In this document: positions 1 to 13,298 of the stretch, piece after piece
Layout: each line of letters starts with the position of its first letter
Numbering within the stretch: the stretch's first letter is position 1
Source: Paragordius varius
Taxonomy: Eukaryota > Animalia > Nematomorpha
NCBI GenBank assembly: GCA_964247055.1
Contig: OZ176059.1
Span: 2,356,001 to 2,420,000, forward strand
DNA length: 64,000 nt
Direction: 5' to 3'
Position numbers and translations under genes: made by a program
The notes under the pieces: model-generated
What the model was told of the DNA's origin: nothing
What the model saw: only the letters and a program-made list of their open reading frames with translations
Database searches by the model: none

Positions 1-3000
1 TTAAAACGCTTTCATAATAATTTTTATAAAGACATAGAATATACCTTAAATGTTTTGGTCTTATTGTGTGGCATTTTATATTTATAAAATATAATTAGGC
101 GTTTGCAAACTATGATTAATGCATATTTCTTTTATGGATCTGACTGTATAATATTACATAATTTTATAGCACAGTATCCATTCTATATTTCGCCAGAGAA
201 GCAGAACAATACCTATAAATTTGATAAGTTGCAATATATATTGACAGTACATTTGAGTCAAAATGTGGTTTTTTTTAGTTTAAAAAAGGCCCAGCCTTTA
301 AATCCCAGTATAATTGGGGGTTTCACATATATAAGAAAATTTAAAAAAAAAAGTAACCCATTTTAAACTGCTATTTAGGAAAGCCTCGTTTTTGAATCAA
401 AATAACTTGTAAAGTTAATGTACACAATTAATATGCCTTCATTCCATTATTTACAGTAGGCACTTTATTGTAGTCCAATTGGTGATGCAGCAGCGTATGA
501 TACAAAAAAATTTGTCCATAATTAAATAAACAATTTTAACGTTGTAAAATGAGGAAAATGTTTAATTTCGCACACTTGTTGTTTTTATCCATACGATACT
601 GTAATGCCTATTGTCCGAAAATAATTTCAAGTGGCAAACACTAAAGTGGGTACAATATAAATTAAAGCGTCCTAAAAATATATAAAATCGAAAAAAATTA
701 AATTTAATCAAAATATATATGGAGTTAAAGCATCATATTTTGTTCATGAGCCTTTTTACAGGTAATTGCCTGTTTTACACCTTAGAGATGAAATAATATA
801 TGATTATATTTAAATATGAATTCTAAACAAATTTTTATATGATATAAAGCTTATATTTACCAAATAAATTTTTGTAAGATAAAACTTTTAAACAAGGTCA
901 AATTTTTTAATAACAAATATGGTTTCATAAGGTTGGGTCTAAACCGCAATAAATCAACTATCAACAATGACTGTAGTCGTTTAAAAAATATGCAATTTCC
1001 ACCTAAACCCATTACGATTGTGTATCAACTGATGGTTGGAACAATGAATGAATGAAATATAAGCTAGGGAGTTAATATATTTTTACTCTTAAAAAACCAG
1101 AAAAATTTAATCGTAGATGTCCAGATATAATTCATACGACCGCAGAAAGTTTTAGAGATACCGTTAAATATACGGATTCCTTTTTTGGAAGTTTTGGGGT
1201 TTATAAGTTTTTTAATATATATATATATATATATATATTATGGTTATCACTCAAAACTTAGCTATAAACTTAGTTCAAAACTCGGGTAAATGAAGTAGTG
1301 TTAATAATAAGGCAAACAGACCAATACATTGTTGAAATGGATTATAACGTCAAATTAAATTATTTAAAATCGTGCAATTGAAAAAATCAAATTTTTGCAA
1401 ACTTTTTGGAGTGTATTTTTTGTATATTAGAGCATTATTTGTTACAAAAATTTCACACTACTGATGCGCAAAAGATATTAACTGTTAAATATTCCATGTT
1501 ATTAAGTGATCGGTGAATTATATGCAATTTTTCTAAATGTATATCAAAAACGTAAAATATTTCTGCCGTAAACCCCTAACAAAATTTAAAAACTGTCAAA
1601 ACAATTTAGCAAAACCGCTTAGCCTATAATTTAAATTTAAAAAAATACGCGAAAACATCAAATAAACCTAAACGAGTCGTATATTAATGTGATCTATAAA
1701 TTTTGTCCAAGCTTTCTCAATTCATAACATGTGAAAATAATCCAAATTCAACAACGTTTAAAAATCAATTCAAACTTTAACAGGTGTTTTACGTAACTTT
1801 GAAACATATTATATTTTGGGTTGGTAAAGTATGACAAATCAACCTAAATTATCCTAAATACCTATACTCTGTCATTGTGTTTATTAAATTTAATGTGGCT
1901 TCCTTAACTTTTTGATGGGGGCTGTGCTTTTTTTCAAGATAATCATTTCACAAAATTGTGTATTTATCTCCATCAGGAATATAGAAATCAAATTAACTAC
2001 AAATCTTATATAAAGCCCTATATTATAATTTCTAATAATGATATCTTTTTCATATAATATGTGAATAAGTAATTGTTTTATTATAAAATCAATGATAATG
2101 CCAGGATGTCTACTGATTCGATATATAATCAAGGGACTAAATTATATTTTATTTGATTAGGATCCTATTAATATATTTTAATATGTAATTATATAGGCAT
2201 TTAAATATATAATTTTACTAAAATCAATTGCATAAATTAAAAAAATATATATAAAACACCACTTTTAAATTGTAAATATCACACTCATGATTCATATTAT
2301 ATTGATATTGAAACTTTTTTCTTTAAATAAATGTATTTCACATTAAAAACTAATATTTATTATTTTACTTCCACAAATATGTTAAACTAAATTTTGTTGG
2401 TTGATTTGGTTTATAAAAACCAAAATTTTAGCCTATTTTAGAGTTTGTCAATCAAAAAGATATGCCAATCATTATAAAACCATAAAATGTTTGTGCGATA
2501 TAACATTATCCAATATTCTCCTCTAAAAATACTAAATATTGAATGCCGCTTGTCTTCAAACTGTCTAAATAATGGGCAAAAATTTTGTTTTACAAAAATT
2601 AGAAAATATTTATTCATTTTAATTTAATAAATCTGTAAAATATAATCCTAATATATTTGATATCAAATATAAAATTCAACAGTTTCATTTCTTATAATGT
2701 GGATGAAAATCTATGTATTGTGTATAAATATGGAGACATTAGATCTAAAATTGTATAAATTCAAGTAGGATTTTTAACTAAATTTATTTGAATTATGTTT
2801 TTTGCATAAATGAATTGTATTTGAATAAAATGGGATAACAATAGTAATTGCCCATTTGTTATTTAGCACTACTAAAAACAATAAAAACTATGAGAAATCT
2901 TTGACATTAAATTGCAGGTTAGCCACAATTAATAGTTATCATATTTTGCATAAAAAGGTATATTTTAAATATACTCTAACAAATGATATTTAAATTATAA

Positions 3001-3451
3001 TATATATATTTTAAACGAATATACTTAAAATTAGAATTTGTATATAAAAGCAGATGAATTAAACCATAAAAAATAATCGTCTGATTGACTACTTATGTTT
3101 GTTTTTTCGTCTGCTTAATTTAAAAGTTCTTTTTGATTATCCCACCCAAATAGGTATGTATTTTATTTATATTTATGACAATAAATAATACTTTATATAA
3201 AACTTAAACATCTTTGGCCAATTTAAATCTAAATATTTAAAAAATTATTAAATTTTTTCTAAATAATGCACAATCTTAACCATTATTTGATCTCATATAA
3301 AAAATTTGTAAATAAATTTTCGGTCGATGATGAAATAATAAAACATCGCTTAATATATTCTCTCATATAGTATGATATATATAATAGAATATTTGCGCCA
3401 TTCCGAAAAACTTATATATTAAGCTGTTAAATAAAAAATTTATTTAATTAA

Positions 3452-3724
3452 GCATTTACAGTTCAAATTCACGCTTGTACAATTCAAATTTACCAACGAC
3501 AATTCGATTTCACCCTAAAAACAAATCAAATGTTTTCGGGCTAATATAACTAATCATAAATATAAAATATATTTTTATAAATATTTTATTGTTTTTCAGC
3601 ATTATATTAATTTTTAACAAAATTTCATTTTTAAAAAATTAAAGGTAATTTATAATCATACAGAAAACATATAATTTATTTTAGGGTAAATTTGAATTGA
3701 AGGATGAATTTCAACTTTAAATAG
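3452..3724. mobile_element. MITE family A, degenerate copy
   Basis: Same 21-bp units and internal gttttcgggctaatataact motif. Confidence 0.65.
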
Positions 3725-4107
3725 TATATAATATCAATTCAGTGATTAGACATATTATTGTATTTAAAAATTTTTGGCGGTTAGAGTAAAATTTCAATTT
3801 ATTTAATTTAAGTACTTTTGGTTTATTGTAAAAAATAGTGAAAATTAATATCAAATAATTAAAACTTAATTCTCATCACATGATATCTATTTTAATACAA
3901 AATCAAAAATGTTATAATTTATTTTAAATTTTATGTTAATTTATAAGATTTAATTTAAACAAATCAAGATTTCATTTAAACAAATTTGAATCATCATTCA
4001 AAATTATATTGTCTATTATACGAATTAAGTATAAACATTTATACCCAAAACAATTTAATGCTATTCTTTTATTCGTATTGGTCAATAAATACACATTTTT
4101 GTGATGC

Positions 4108-4147
<40 letters not shown>

Positions 4148-4661
4148 TAGAAGAACTCTAATAGACTTGATACCAAAACCGCAAAAACGGAACTTTTAAA
4201 AAACCAAGCCTAAAAAAAGGAGTCAGAATCAGTTTTACTCTTTAAATTTTTACAAATCAAAAATTAATAATGATACCCATTTAATTTTGTGTAATTAAAT
4301 ACTTATTTGTTTGATTAAACTTAATATTTCAATTTCGTAATATTATAAATTCGGGTATGGTATTCATCTGTTCCTAACTGGTTTTAGGCCATAATACATC
4401 AAATTTTATATATTATCTCAGACAAATTAAAACAAACCTATTTGAGAAGAAGACGCCATTTATTAATATACACCATAAGGATTGAAACAATTTTTCAAAT
4501 AAATATGAGATCATGAAAATAATTTTCCCCGATGGATGCTACAAAATATTTAAGATATTTAGTTGTTGTCGTAAGTCTCTTTACGCATTATTATGTGTTA
4601 GTATATTATAATAATACTGGCATTCATAAAATTTGAATTGAATTTTTTAAGTATATATATA

Positions 4662-4963
4662 CCATTTATACACCCTTGAACAATTCAAATTTACCCTGGA
4701 ACAATTCCGATTCACCCTTGAACAATTCATATTCACCCTGAAAATATATTATGTGTTTTTAAGCTAATATAACTCATTATTAATATGATATGTATATATC
4801 TCTATGGCTAAGTTTATTATTTTTTTAATATTATTTTAATTTAAAACATAATTTTATTTTTCAAAAATATATAAAAATATATGTAAATTTTAATTTTAAA
4901 AAACATATAATTTATTTGAGGGTGAATTCGAATTGTTCGAGGGTGAATTTGAATTGTAAATGG
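4662..4963. mobile_element. MITE family A (CCATTTAC...GTAAATGG termini, 21-bp subterminal repeats)
   Basis: Terminal inverted repeats are flanked by TATA and carry tandem TTCACCCTTGAACAATTCAAA units, inverted at the other end. Confidence 0.8.
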
Positions 4964-5629
4964 TATATATATTTCCCAACCCATGTGCAAAGCGACTAAG
5001 AATTATTAATTATATTGGTACTTAACATTTTAATATCAATATTTTAATAGCTATTAAATTTAGATCCCCCTTTTTATGTCGCATTCGGATTAATTTAAAT
5101 AATACAGGCAAGAAGATTTAAGTTGATGTGAGCCATAAAAAATCATAATTACGCAAAAGGTTTCTTTAAGGACCTTTTTATTATAAATAAATTACAAAGA
5201 TACTATTAACCTGTCGTTTTGCAATATTATATAAAGCTATATTATTTGATATTTAGTATGATTTATGATAAATATATTTAATAATCGATTACACACATAA
5301 TTTTTTGCTGTAAGCATCAATTTTAATTTCTTTATATTATATGGCTCTTTACCTGTTTTTTGTTTAAAAATACCTAATATTATCATCAAAAAAATGGTTA
5401 AAAAAATATAGTTTGATTGATGGATTATTTATTTTTTATTTTGTTGTTTTAAAATAATTTTTTTTATAAAAATGCATATATTTTAAGAGATTGATTTCGA
5501 TTATTGATTCCGGAGACAACATGTCTCTTCCACATATTATTTAATGTAAATATAGCTTTACAACCATCTAATTAAATTTAATTTAATATTTAAAGTGTAT
5601 GCATAAATTAAATTTTTTTATTAATATTT

Positions 5630-5671
<42 letters not shown>

Positions 5672-6869
5672 TTCTAGTAAATGTTTTATAATTCATTGTT
5701 TCCACAAAAATTGCTTAGAAAAAAAAATTAATTTAATATTTTTAATGAGATGTGTGAGAAGATTTCGATTCATACGTATTTTTTTGGTAAGTAAAGAATT
5801 ATAAAATAAAATAATATTAACAAACAAAATTTTATGATATGTTAAGATATATAAGGGAATATTTAATTAGCTATTTACCAGAGCGTATGGCTTATTAAAA
5901 GTTTGTCCATAATTAAATATATATAGTTAATGTTAAAAACATGGAAAATTGTTTAATTATAACCATATGTCGTTTATTAACATATGCTATTGTATAATCG
6001 AATTAACACAATTTTAATTTCTAATGAATTAATATTAATATGGAGTCGTACAGTCTCTGTTCTTTACTTTAATTCAATTATATTATATAGGTTTCCTTTT
6101 ATACAGTAGCGTATGGTAAAACCTACAAATGATTACAATTAAATATTTTTTTTCATATATTATGATTAATTTTAGTTTCTTTGTGATCAAACTATTATTT
6201 TCATACATTCTTGTAAACTATTCATTTATACTTTTTATAAAAGAAAGTTAACTTAATTTTTATTATAATTGTTACATTAACATATGGTAAAAACAACAAA
6301 GATAGCGAATAAACTATTATTATGCCATACTTTAACATTAATTTTGATCAGAATTGTGGAAAAACATTTTTTTGCACATACGCTATTGTATTGATGTATT
6401 AAATATATATATACATAATATTTTTGGTTTTACTTTCCCAAATTCTAGAAGATAATAATTATATTTACATAGTATGGATGTGTGTATTCGCCAATTAAAA
6501 ACTCTCAAATGCAAAAATTAGATGCTTAAATATGTAATTCGGAATTAATAGTTTAATACCCTGAACAATACAAAAACGATGTATATTAAGTTTTTGTCGG
6601 ACGGAAATATTATTTATGTCCAATATTTTGATTTGAAACACAGGCTATATTTTAAACAAGCTTACGAAATTACTATTTAACATTTTTTTGTGGTATTGCT
6701 AAAAATTAAAAAAAAATATTTTTATGATATCAAAAAACTAATAAAATAATACTGCTATTTTTAAGGCCTATACAATTTTTCGAATGACGCCTTTTACCCG
6801 TTTTAACCCTCGTGGTCCTAACCTTTAAACACAATTTCACTTGTGCATAAATTAATATGTGTTAGCGCT

Positions 6870-6905
<36 letters not shown>

Positions 6906-8185
6906 ATCAATTTGTTTGCGAATTTCCGATAATCATTTATATTATAACCAGTTAAAGATATGGACAGAGGGCTTGGTTGCATATACTTTTTACCTTATAT
7001 AATGAAAAATTTATATGTATAATTATAATTTTCAGTACTGATTTTTACATTGTAGAACTGTAATAGTTTATTGATTGACAGGAAAAGACGAAAAAAATAT
7101 TTTTTTTAGATTTCCTCTTGTTTCAAAAATTTTCCACTTAATTTATAACTAGTAAAATTTGTAACATATCATTTTTCTAAAATTCATTTAAGCATTATCT
7201 ATAATTTTAAGCTTAAATATCCCTAATGCGTTAATCATTGGGCCTAATAATGAACAATTAATATTTTATCAAATTTCTTCCATCATTTTTTGTTTAATTT
7301 TTCAATGTGTTTTTAGTTTTCTATCTCCCTATCTAAATTTATTTCTATATGGTTAGGTTATTTTATCATGCAGTCACGCTGTTCACAAAATTTTTGTATA
7401 AAATATTTATAAGGTAAAAACTTTATGGATAAAATACTAAAAACATGTATCTACGAACAAAATTTCAAACATATGTATTTCTATAGAGCAGGAACCTGTA
7501 TCAAAAGTGTTTTGTTTGCATTACAAAAAATATATATTTCTGATTATCAAACGAGTATAAATAATGACCATTTTTTATAACAACTATATATGCATTATTT
7601 ATTAAAATAAATCTAAAATTTATATATCAGTATATATCTCTTGTTTTGGTTAGACAATGCTATAATATAGTATAAATTCGTATGTACGCAGGAAAAAGTA
7701 AAATATCCAAAAAATACAGATAACCAAAAAAACTTAAATATTTTAAGTGGTTTTTTCCGTACCTCAATTTATATTTATATGTATAATAAATTTTAACATT
7801 AGAGGGAGAGAGAAAATTTGCAACAGGCAGACATCTAACAGCATATATTATGGCATTATTTTGTGGTATTTTATTATAAATAATTGCACAGGTAAAAATG
7901 AATATTGTGTATAGATATATATAGATAGATATTTTGTGGTAATTTTTTTAGATATATCTAAAAAATGTGTTTTAAATATCCCTCGTCTCTTGTAAACGAA
8001 ACTACAATATGAAAAACAAAAAGGTAGATAACCATTTAGAAACAGAAAGGTAAGCGTATGGTTTGTTCTTTGGAGTTAACTGCATATAATATTAACATTA
8101 TATATATATATATATGTATAAGATAATGCATTCAATATTTCGAAACGAAATATGTAACTTTACGTTGTGTTGGTTTTTTACATAC

Positions 8186-8189
<4 letters not shown>

Positions 8190-8238
<49 letters not shown>
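8190..8238. repeat. (TA)n microsatellite (one of roughly 20 in the window)
   Basis: Pure TA run. Others include 5633-5668, 17893-17948, 21023-21071, 22136-22164, 54388-54417 and 60060-60095. Confidence 0.95.
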
Positions 8239-8240
<2 letters not shown>

Positions 8241-10446
8241 GTGTTCTTTCAGAAACCCATTTCCCTTTTTTGCTAGTTAGAGTAAACGTATGTACATTTT
8301 ATGTGGTGGCTGCAGAGTTCAAATATAAAAACTAAATTACATCTCTATATTTTTATACAAAAGTTAAGTTGTAATTAGTGTTTTAACCAAAATGAATTTT
8401 TTTGTTATAATTATTTAGTATAAACTTTCCTTAAAGCGTCTAAATAATTTTTAAAACTATCTAAACTTCACAGTAGGGAGCCTTATTTTCACAAATATTT
8501 CATTCGTTTTTTACCTTTTCAAAATGTTACCTTTTTAGTATGTTTGTTTTTTAATATTATAATATTGTTGATTTTATAACGATAATTTTAGCGATAAATA
8601 TATAAATTACGCATTTATATTTAAATAAAATTAACATTTTTTTGAATATTTTATCGAAATGATTGACGTGTTTTCCAAAATTATATATACGACGCCAAAT
8701 GTGTACTCTTTGTTATATAAGCCATATTTTGGGTTTTTAAAGATCTTATTTAAAAAATTATATATTTTTAGTTGGAACTATTCTTTAAAAAAAAATAATA
8801 TTTAATTGGTTTGTTGATGAATATTTACATAAATAATTTTTTCGAAAATAATTATTAGTTGAAGCCTGAGGCAATTTAATTTTATATATAATTTAATTAA
8901 TACATTAGATAACTATTACATTTCTAGTGTTGGTAATTATTGCAAAATTTTAAAACTTGTACTTACATAAGAATAGCGACTGTTCACAATAAACTTTTTC
9001 CCCCTTTATCAATGATATATAACAATAGCGTATGGTAAAAAACAAAAACTTGATTAAATTAAACAATGTTTTGCAATCCTTTAATATTGACTATGTTTGT
9101 TGATTAAGGACAATTTTAATGTTTTACCATACGATACTGTAATCCGAATTGTGCGTTAATTTTATAAGTGTTGTCCACACGTCATATTTTAATGGTAAAA
9201 TAATCATTATATAACATTTTAGTACATACTTAAAATTTATATTATGCCTAAAAGTATTATTAACACAAAAAACTATTAAAGTTTTAAATTATTCTGCTTA
9301 AATAGGATTACTTCAAATATATTCACAAAACAATCATCAAATTTTTTAAATAAATTAATATCTATTATATATCTATATAATTTAATAAAAAAAGCCTTGA
9401 TTGTTTACATATAATTATGAAATATTTATAAATTATATCATATTACGCAACATTATGAATTCATAATGGTAGTGTGACATTTTAAGTGACGTTTTTCCAT
9501 TTATAATTTTCTATTTATTTTTTGTAAACACAGATATAATAGATATATGTATGTTTTTTAAATATAATTTTGTCATCATGTCGTTTTAATTTTTTTGTCA
9601 TCAAAATAAAGTAAACAATTTATAATAAATTTGTTTTACTAAGAGTAAGAGTGAGTTACATTTTTATTATTGCAAAATTTACAAAATTAATATTTTTTGG
9701 GAAATAAAATTTTATTACACGTTTAAATTAGCCACCATATATCTCTCTCTCCATATTATGACATTTTTTTTCGCTTATTAGTTATCAAATCAAAACAAAC
9801 ATAATAAAATTAAGAAATATATATATATTATACCCCCCGTTGATTATTGAGTAACGTAAACCCAGATATTCAAGGATATAGGTATGCATACTTTTTCCAA
9901 AAAATATTTAAACTTATATTTTTGCTACAAAGGTTATTTTTTACAAGATTGTTGTAATGTATCAGCTAAATTATATCTGTTTGGTTTGCGAATTTTTACA
10001 TTTGTAAGCGTAGATTTAACTTTAAAAATAATGCGTTAATTTGGTTGTTCTCATGGTTTAGAATAAACCTTTAACTGGTTATCTTTTTTTTGAGTTTTGT
10101 TTGTTTAAACGACAAAAAACGGCAACAATTTAAATTTTCATCTGTATATAATAATTTTTTTAATTTTGCATATATTTTAGATTATTTTTTTGGTCCCAAT
10201 CATTTAATACTTGGACCGTTTATTACATAAAAAACTATAGAAATTATTAAATAAAAATAATTTTGAAGAAAAAACACATCTCATAATTAAAAAGAGTTAA
10301 CAAATTAACTAGATATTAAAATTAATTTTAATTTTTGTGGATTTATATTAGCATCTATAGCCAATATAATGAAACATAAAATGCGATAATTTTTTAGTTT
10401 TCAAACTATATATAAAAAAATCACATTACAATTTTTTAGATAATCT

Positions 10447-13021
10447 ATGCCTCGGCCCTTACGAGATTCATATGGAGGTGCTAAACCACCCTATTCTTAC
10501 ATTAGTTTAACGGCTATGGCTATTCAAAGTTCTCCACATAAAATGTTACCGTTGAGTGAAATTTATCGTTTTATTATGCACCGATTCCCCTATTATCGAA
10601 AGAATGCACGGAAATGGCAAAATAGTTTACGGCATAATTTGAGTTTTAATGATTGTTTCATACGGGTACCTAGACCCTTAACATCAACATTAGAAGGCAA
10701 AACTATTCAAGAACTAAAATATACTCAAGTTGATAATAATAATAGTAATCATAAAAAAACAAAAAATAATCTTTTATCATCAACTGCAACAGGTAAAGAA
10801 ATGAGCGGTAAAGGGAGTTATTGGGCCCTACACCCAAAGTGTGGGAATATGTTTGATAATGGTAGTTTTTTACGCCGCCGTAAACGCTTTAAGAAGGAAC
10901 CCGCGATACCCTTAAACAATTTAATGGCATCGAAGAATAATGTAAGTATGGCTAAGAATAAAAAATTAGCATCAACACAACCACGACTCAAAGACTTAAA
11001 TCCCGGGAATTTAACAAATGCTGTAATCGTTTCAAATACGGGGACAAAAGATTTTAACTACCAATGTGGTATTAATTATATATCCTCGGGGATACCCGCT
11101 ACCCCTAGACTTAAAAGAAAAAGTTGCTACGCAGATTTTGCTTTAACCGACAATACTTCATTAAATGATAAAAATATCACAACCAATGATAATGGCAATG
11201 TTAAAAGGTTTAAACCCGATGCAATCATCGATAATAAGCTAAAAAATCATTCTATTCCAACTGGTGCTGTATCGAATATGAGAACTAAAAATGAAAATAA
11301 TTTAAACACTACTTCAATTTTTGATTTTGACCCCCTAACACTTGATAAAAGTGATATGAATATTAATAAAAAAAAATTTGTGAAAGAAAAAATCAATTTT
11401 AAACAGCAATTAAATAGCAATGAACTACCCGGTCCTAACCTACACCCAGTATTATTGAACACAAACTCCACCCCAGTTGATATTAAAACCAATAATAATA
11501 ATTTTCTTCAAAATAATTTAAATCTACCAAATTGTTTTGGATTAAGCAATATTTGTTCACCTTCTATACCCATCTCACCGAAAGGAAATCATATCAATAC
11601 TAATAATATAAATATTAATCCTACAAATTTTAAACCGAATATAAATTTAGTTAAAATGTGCAGTTATAACCCCCCTTTTCCAGGTCCCATTTCAAATGAA
11701 TCTTTACCATCCGCTTCGTTTAATAATATTGATCAAAATGATCAAAATTTAATGAATAATTGGTTAAACTATTACAACACATTCAATCTCTATTATAATT
11801 ATTATCAATATTACTATTGCACCAATAAGGGTAATAATGATAATCCATTTGTTCAAAATTCGAATGGATCGTTTAATAACCTACCTGTATTCCATGACCC
11901 GTGTTCTCTGGAAAGTTTATCGGAAGAAAATTTTAAACATCAAGACAATAGCCAAAACCAAACAAATTTAAGGTATATATATTATATTAAAGTGTTTTGA
12001 CTGTGGTTATAAAAATTATATTACTCTTTTACACTTTTGCATATTTTTCATAATCTAATCTATAATTGTTCAGTATAATAGTTTAATATAATCAAAAATA
12101 TCTTATATAAAAATTTATTTCAGACCACAACAAGACACAACTCCAATAGCTAAATATGCCTTTGAACAAAACATTGTTCTCACTAACAACAAATTTCAAG
12201 CCCATAATAACTCCACTGTGTTGAATGAGGAGAATACGACACCCCTTAAAAAACTTGGCAATACCTTGCAATACAATTTTTGCGAAATAATACCAAATAG
12301 CTCTCAAACTGTATTTATATCAATTGGTAAAGATATTGGAAATAAAATAAATACGCCAACTATAAACGCAAAACAACAGCCAACTCAAATTACAAATGAT
12401 GAAAGTAATAGATCAAACTTATTAACCCATTCAAACAAATTTAATATTGATCAATTAATATCGGTAAATGTTACAAAAGAAAACACCCTTCATAAAAAAG
12501 ATGTGTTCGAAACTGCAGAGCACAATAACAAAATATTTCCTTTAAATAATCCTAACATAGGGCAATCTAAACCCAAACCCGATGATAAAATATTAAATCT
12601 TAATAATAATAAAACATTTACGATACAATCTCTCATACAGGATAATGATAAACTTTGTAACATTAATCAAAGGGAATTTGAAGAAAATAAAAATGGTTTA
12701 TTGAATCATTCAACGCTCCCCATAAATTTTGATGATAACGCAAAAATATTAAGCCCTAAAAACGGATGTAAAACCAAATCTCAAAAATCAGTAAACATAT
12801 TTAATGAAATTATTTCACCAATATATACTATGAATGCTAAAAATATGACACCTTCACCTAACAAAATAAATTTTATTAATAATTCTAATTTTAATAATAA
12901 TAATATTAATAATAAAACTTTCAATAAAATAAATAATGCTAATATTCACTTATCACCCTGGTTAACCACAAATTACATTAATAAAAGTCCACCGGATAAA
13001 TACCCACATTTAATTTATTAA
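10447..13021 (+). CDS. FoxB: Forkhead box B transcription factor (FoxB / fd96C-like); join(10447..11972,12124..13021), ~807 aa
   Basis: N-terminus MPRP..SY...[54 protein letters not shown] and [29 protein letters not shown] match the FoxB forkhead. The phase-2 intron 11973..12123 (AG|gtatat...tttcag|A, 151 nt) joins ORF 10447-12000 in frame to ORF 12218-13021. Confidence 0.93.
10483..10893 (+). other. Forkhead (winged-helix) DNA-binding domain with enlarged wing 1
   Basis: Runs from KPPYSY to RRRKRFK, with the recognition helix [10 protein letters not shown] intact. Confidence 0.95.
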
Positions 13022-13055
13022 ACATTAATACTGTATTTATATATTGTTAATATTG

Positions 13056-13298
13056 AAGTAACGAGAACTATTATTGGCCATTTTGGTTAAATGGTTAAAA
13101 GGAAATCTAATTTGCCATAATTGGGATTTTTCATTTAATTAGTTTGATTTTAAGTTTATTTTTTCTTCAGTAATATATATATATATATATATGTATCCAT
13201 ATATATATAACTAATATAAACAAAAACTGACAAAAAATATAAATTAAATACCTTTTCGCTAATTTAACCCAAATGGTCAATAATAACTCTCGTTACTG
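13056..13298. mobile_element. Tc1-like MITE directly after the FoxB stop codon
   Basis: ~45-bp inverted termini (agtaacgagaactattattggccatttt / aaatggtcaataataactctcgttactg|ta). Confidence 0.65.

Noticed and set aside
1890-2132. 80-aa minus-strand ORF
   Set aside because: No recognisable motif, TTG start, no supporting splice partners; consistent with an AT-rich chance ORF or a decayed TE.
10666-10792. FoxB wing insert as a hidden intron
   Set aside because: The obvious GT...AG pair spans 127 nt; removing it shifts frame into a TGA before GKGSYW.
11247-11492. Short antisense or overlapping ORFs (also 12092, 24697, 41609, 42375, 42568, 54730, 57825, 59685)
   Set aside because: They are shadows of real coding exons with no independent evidence.
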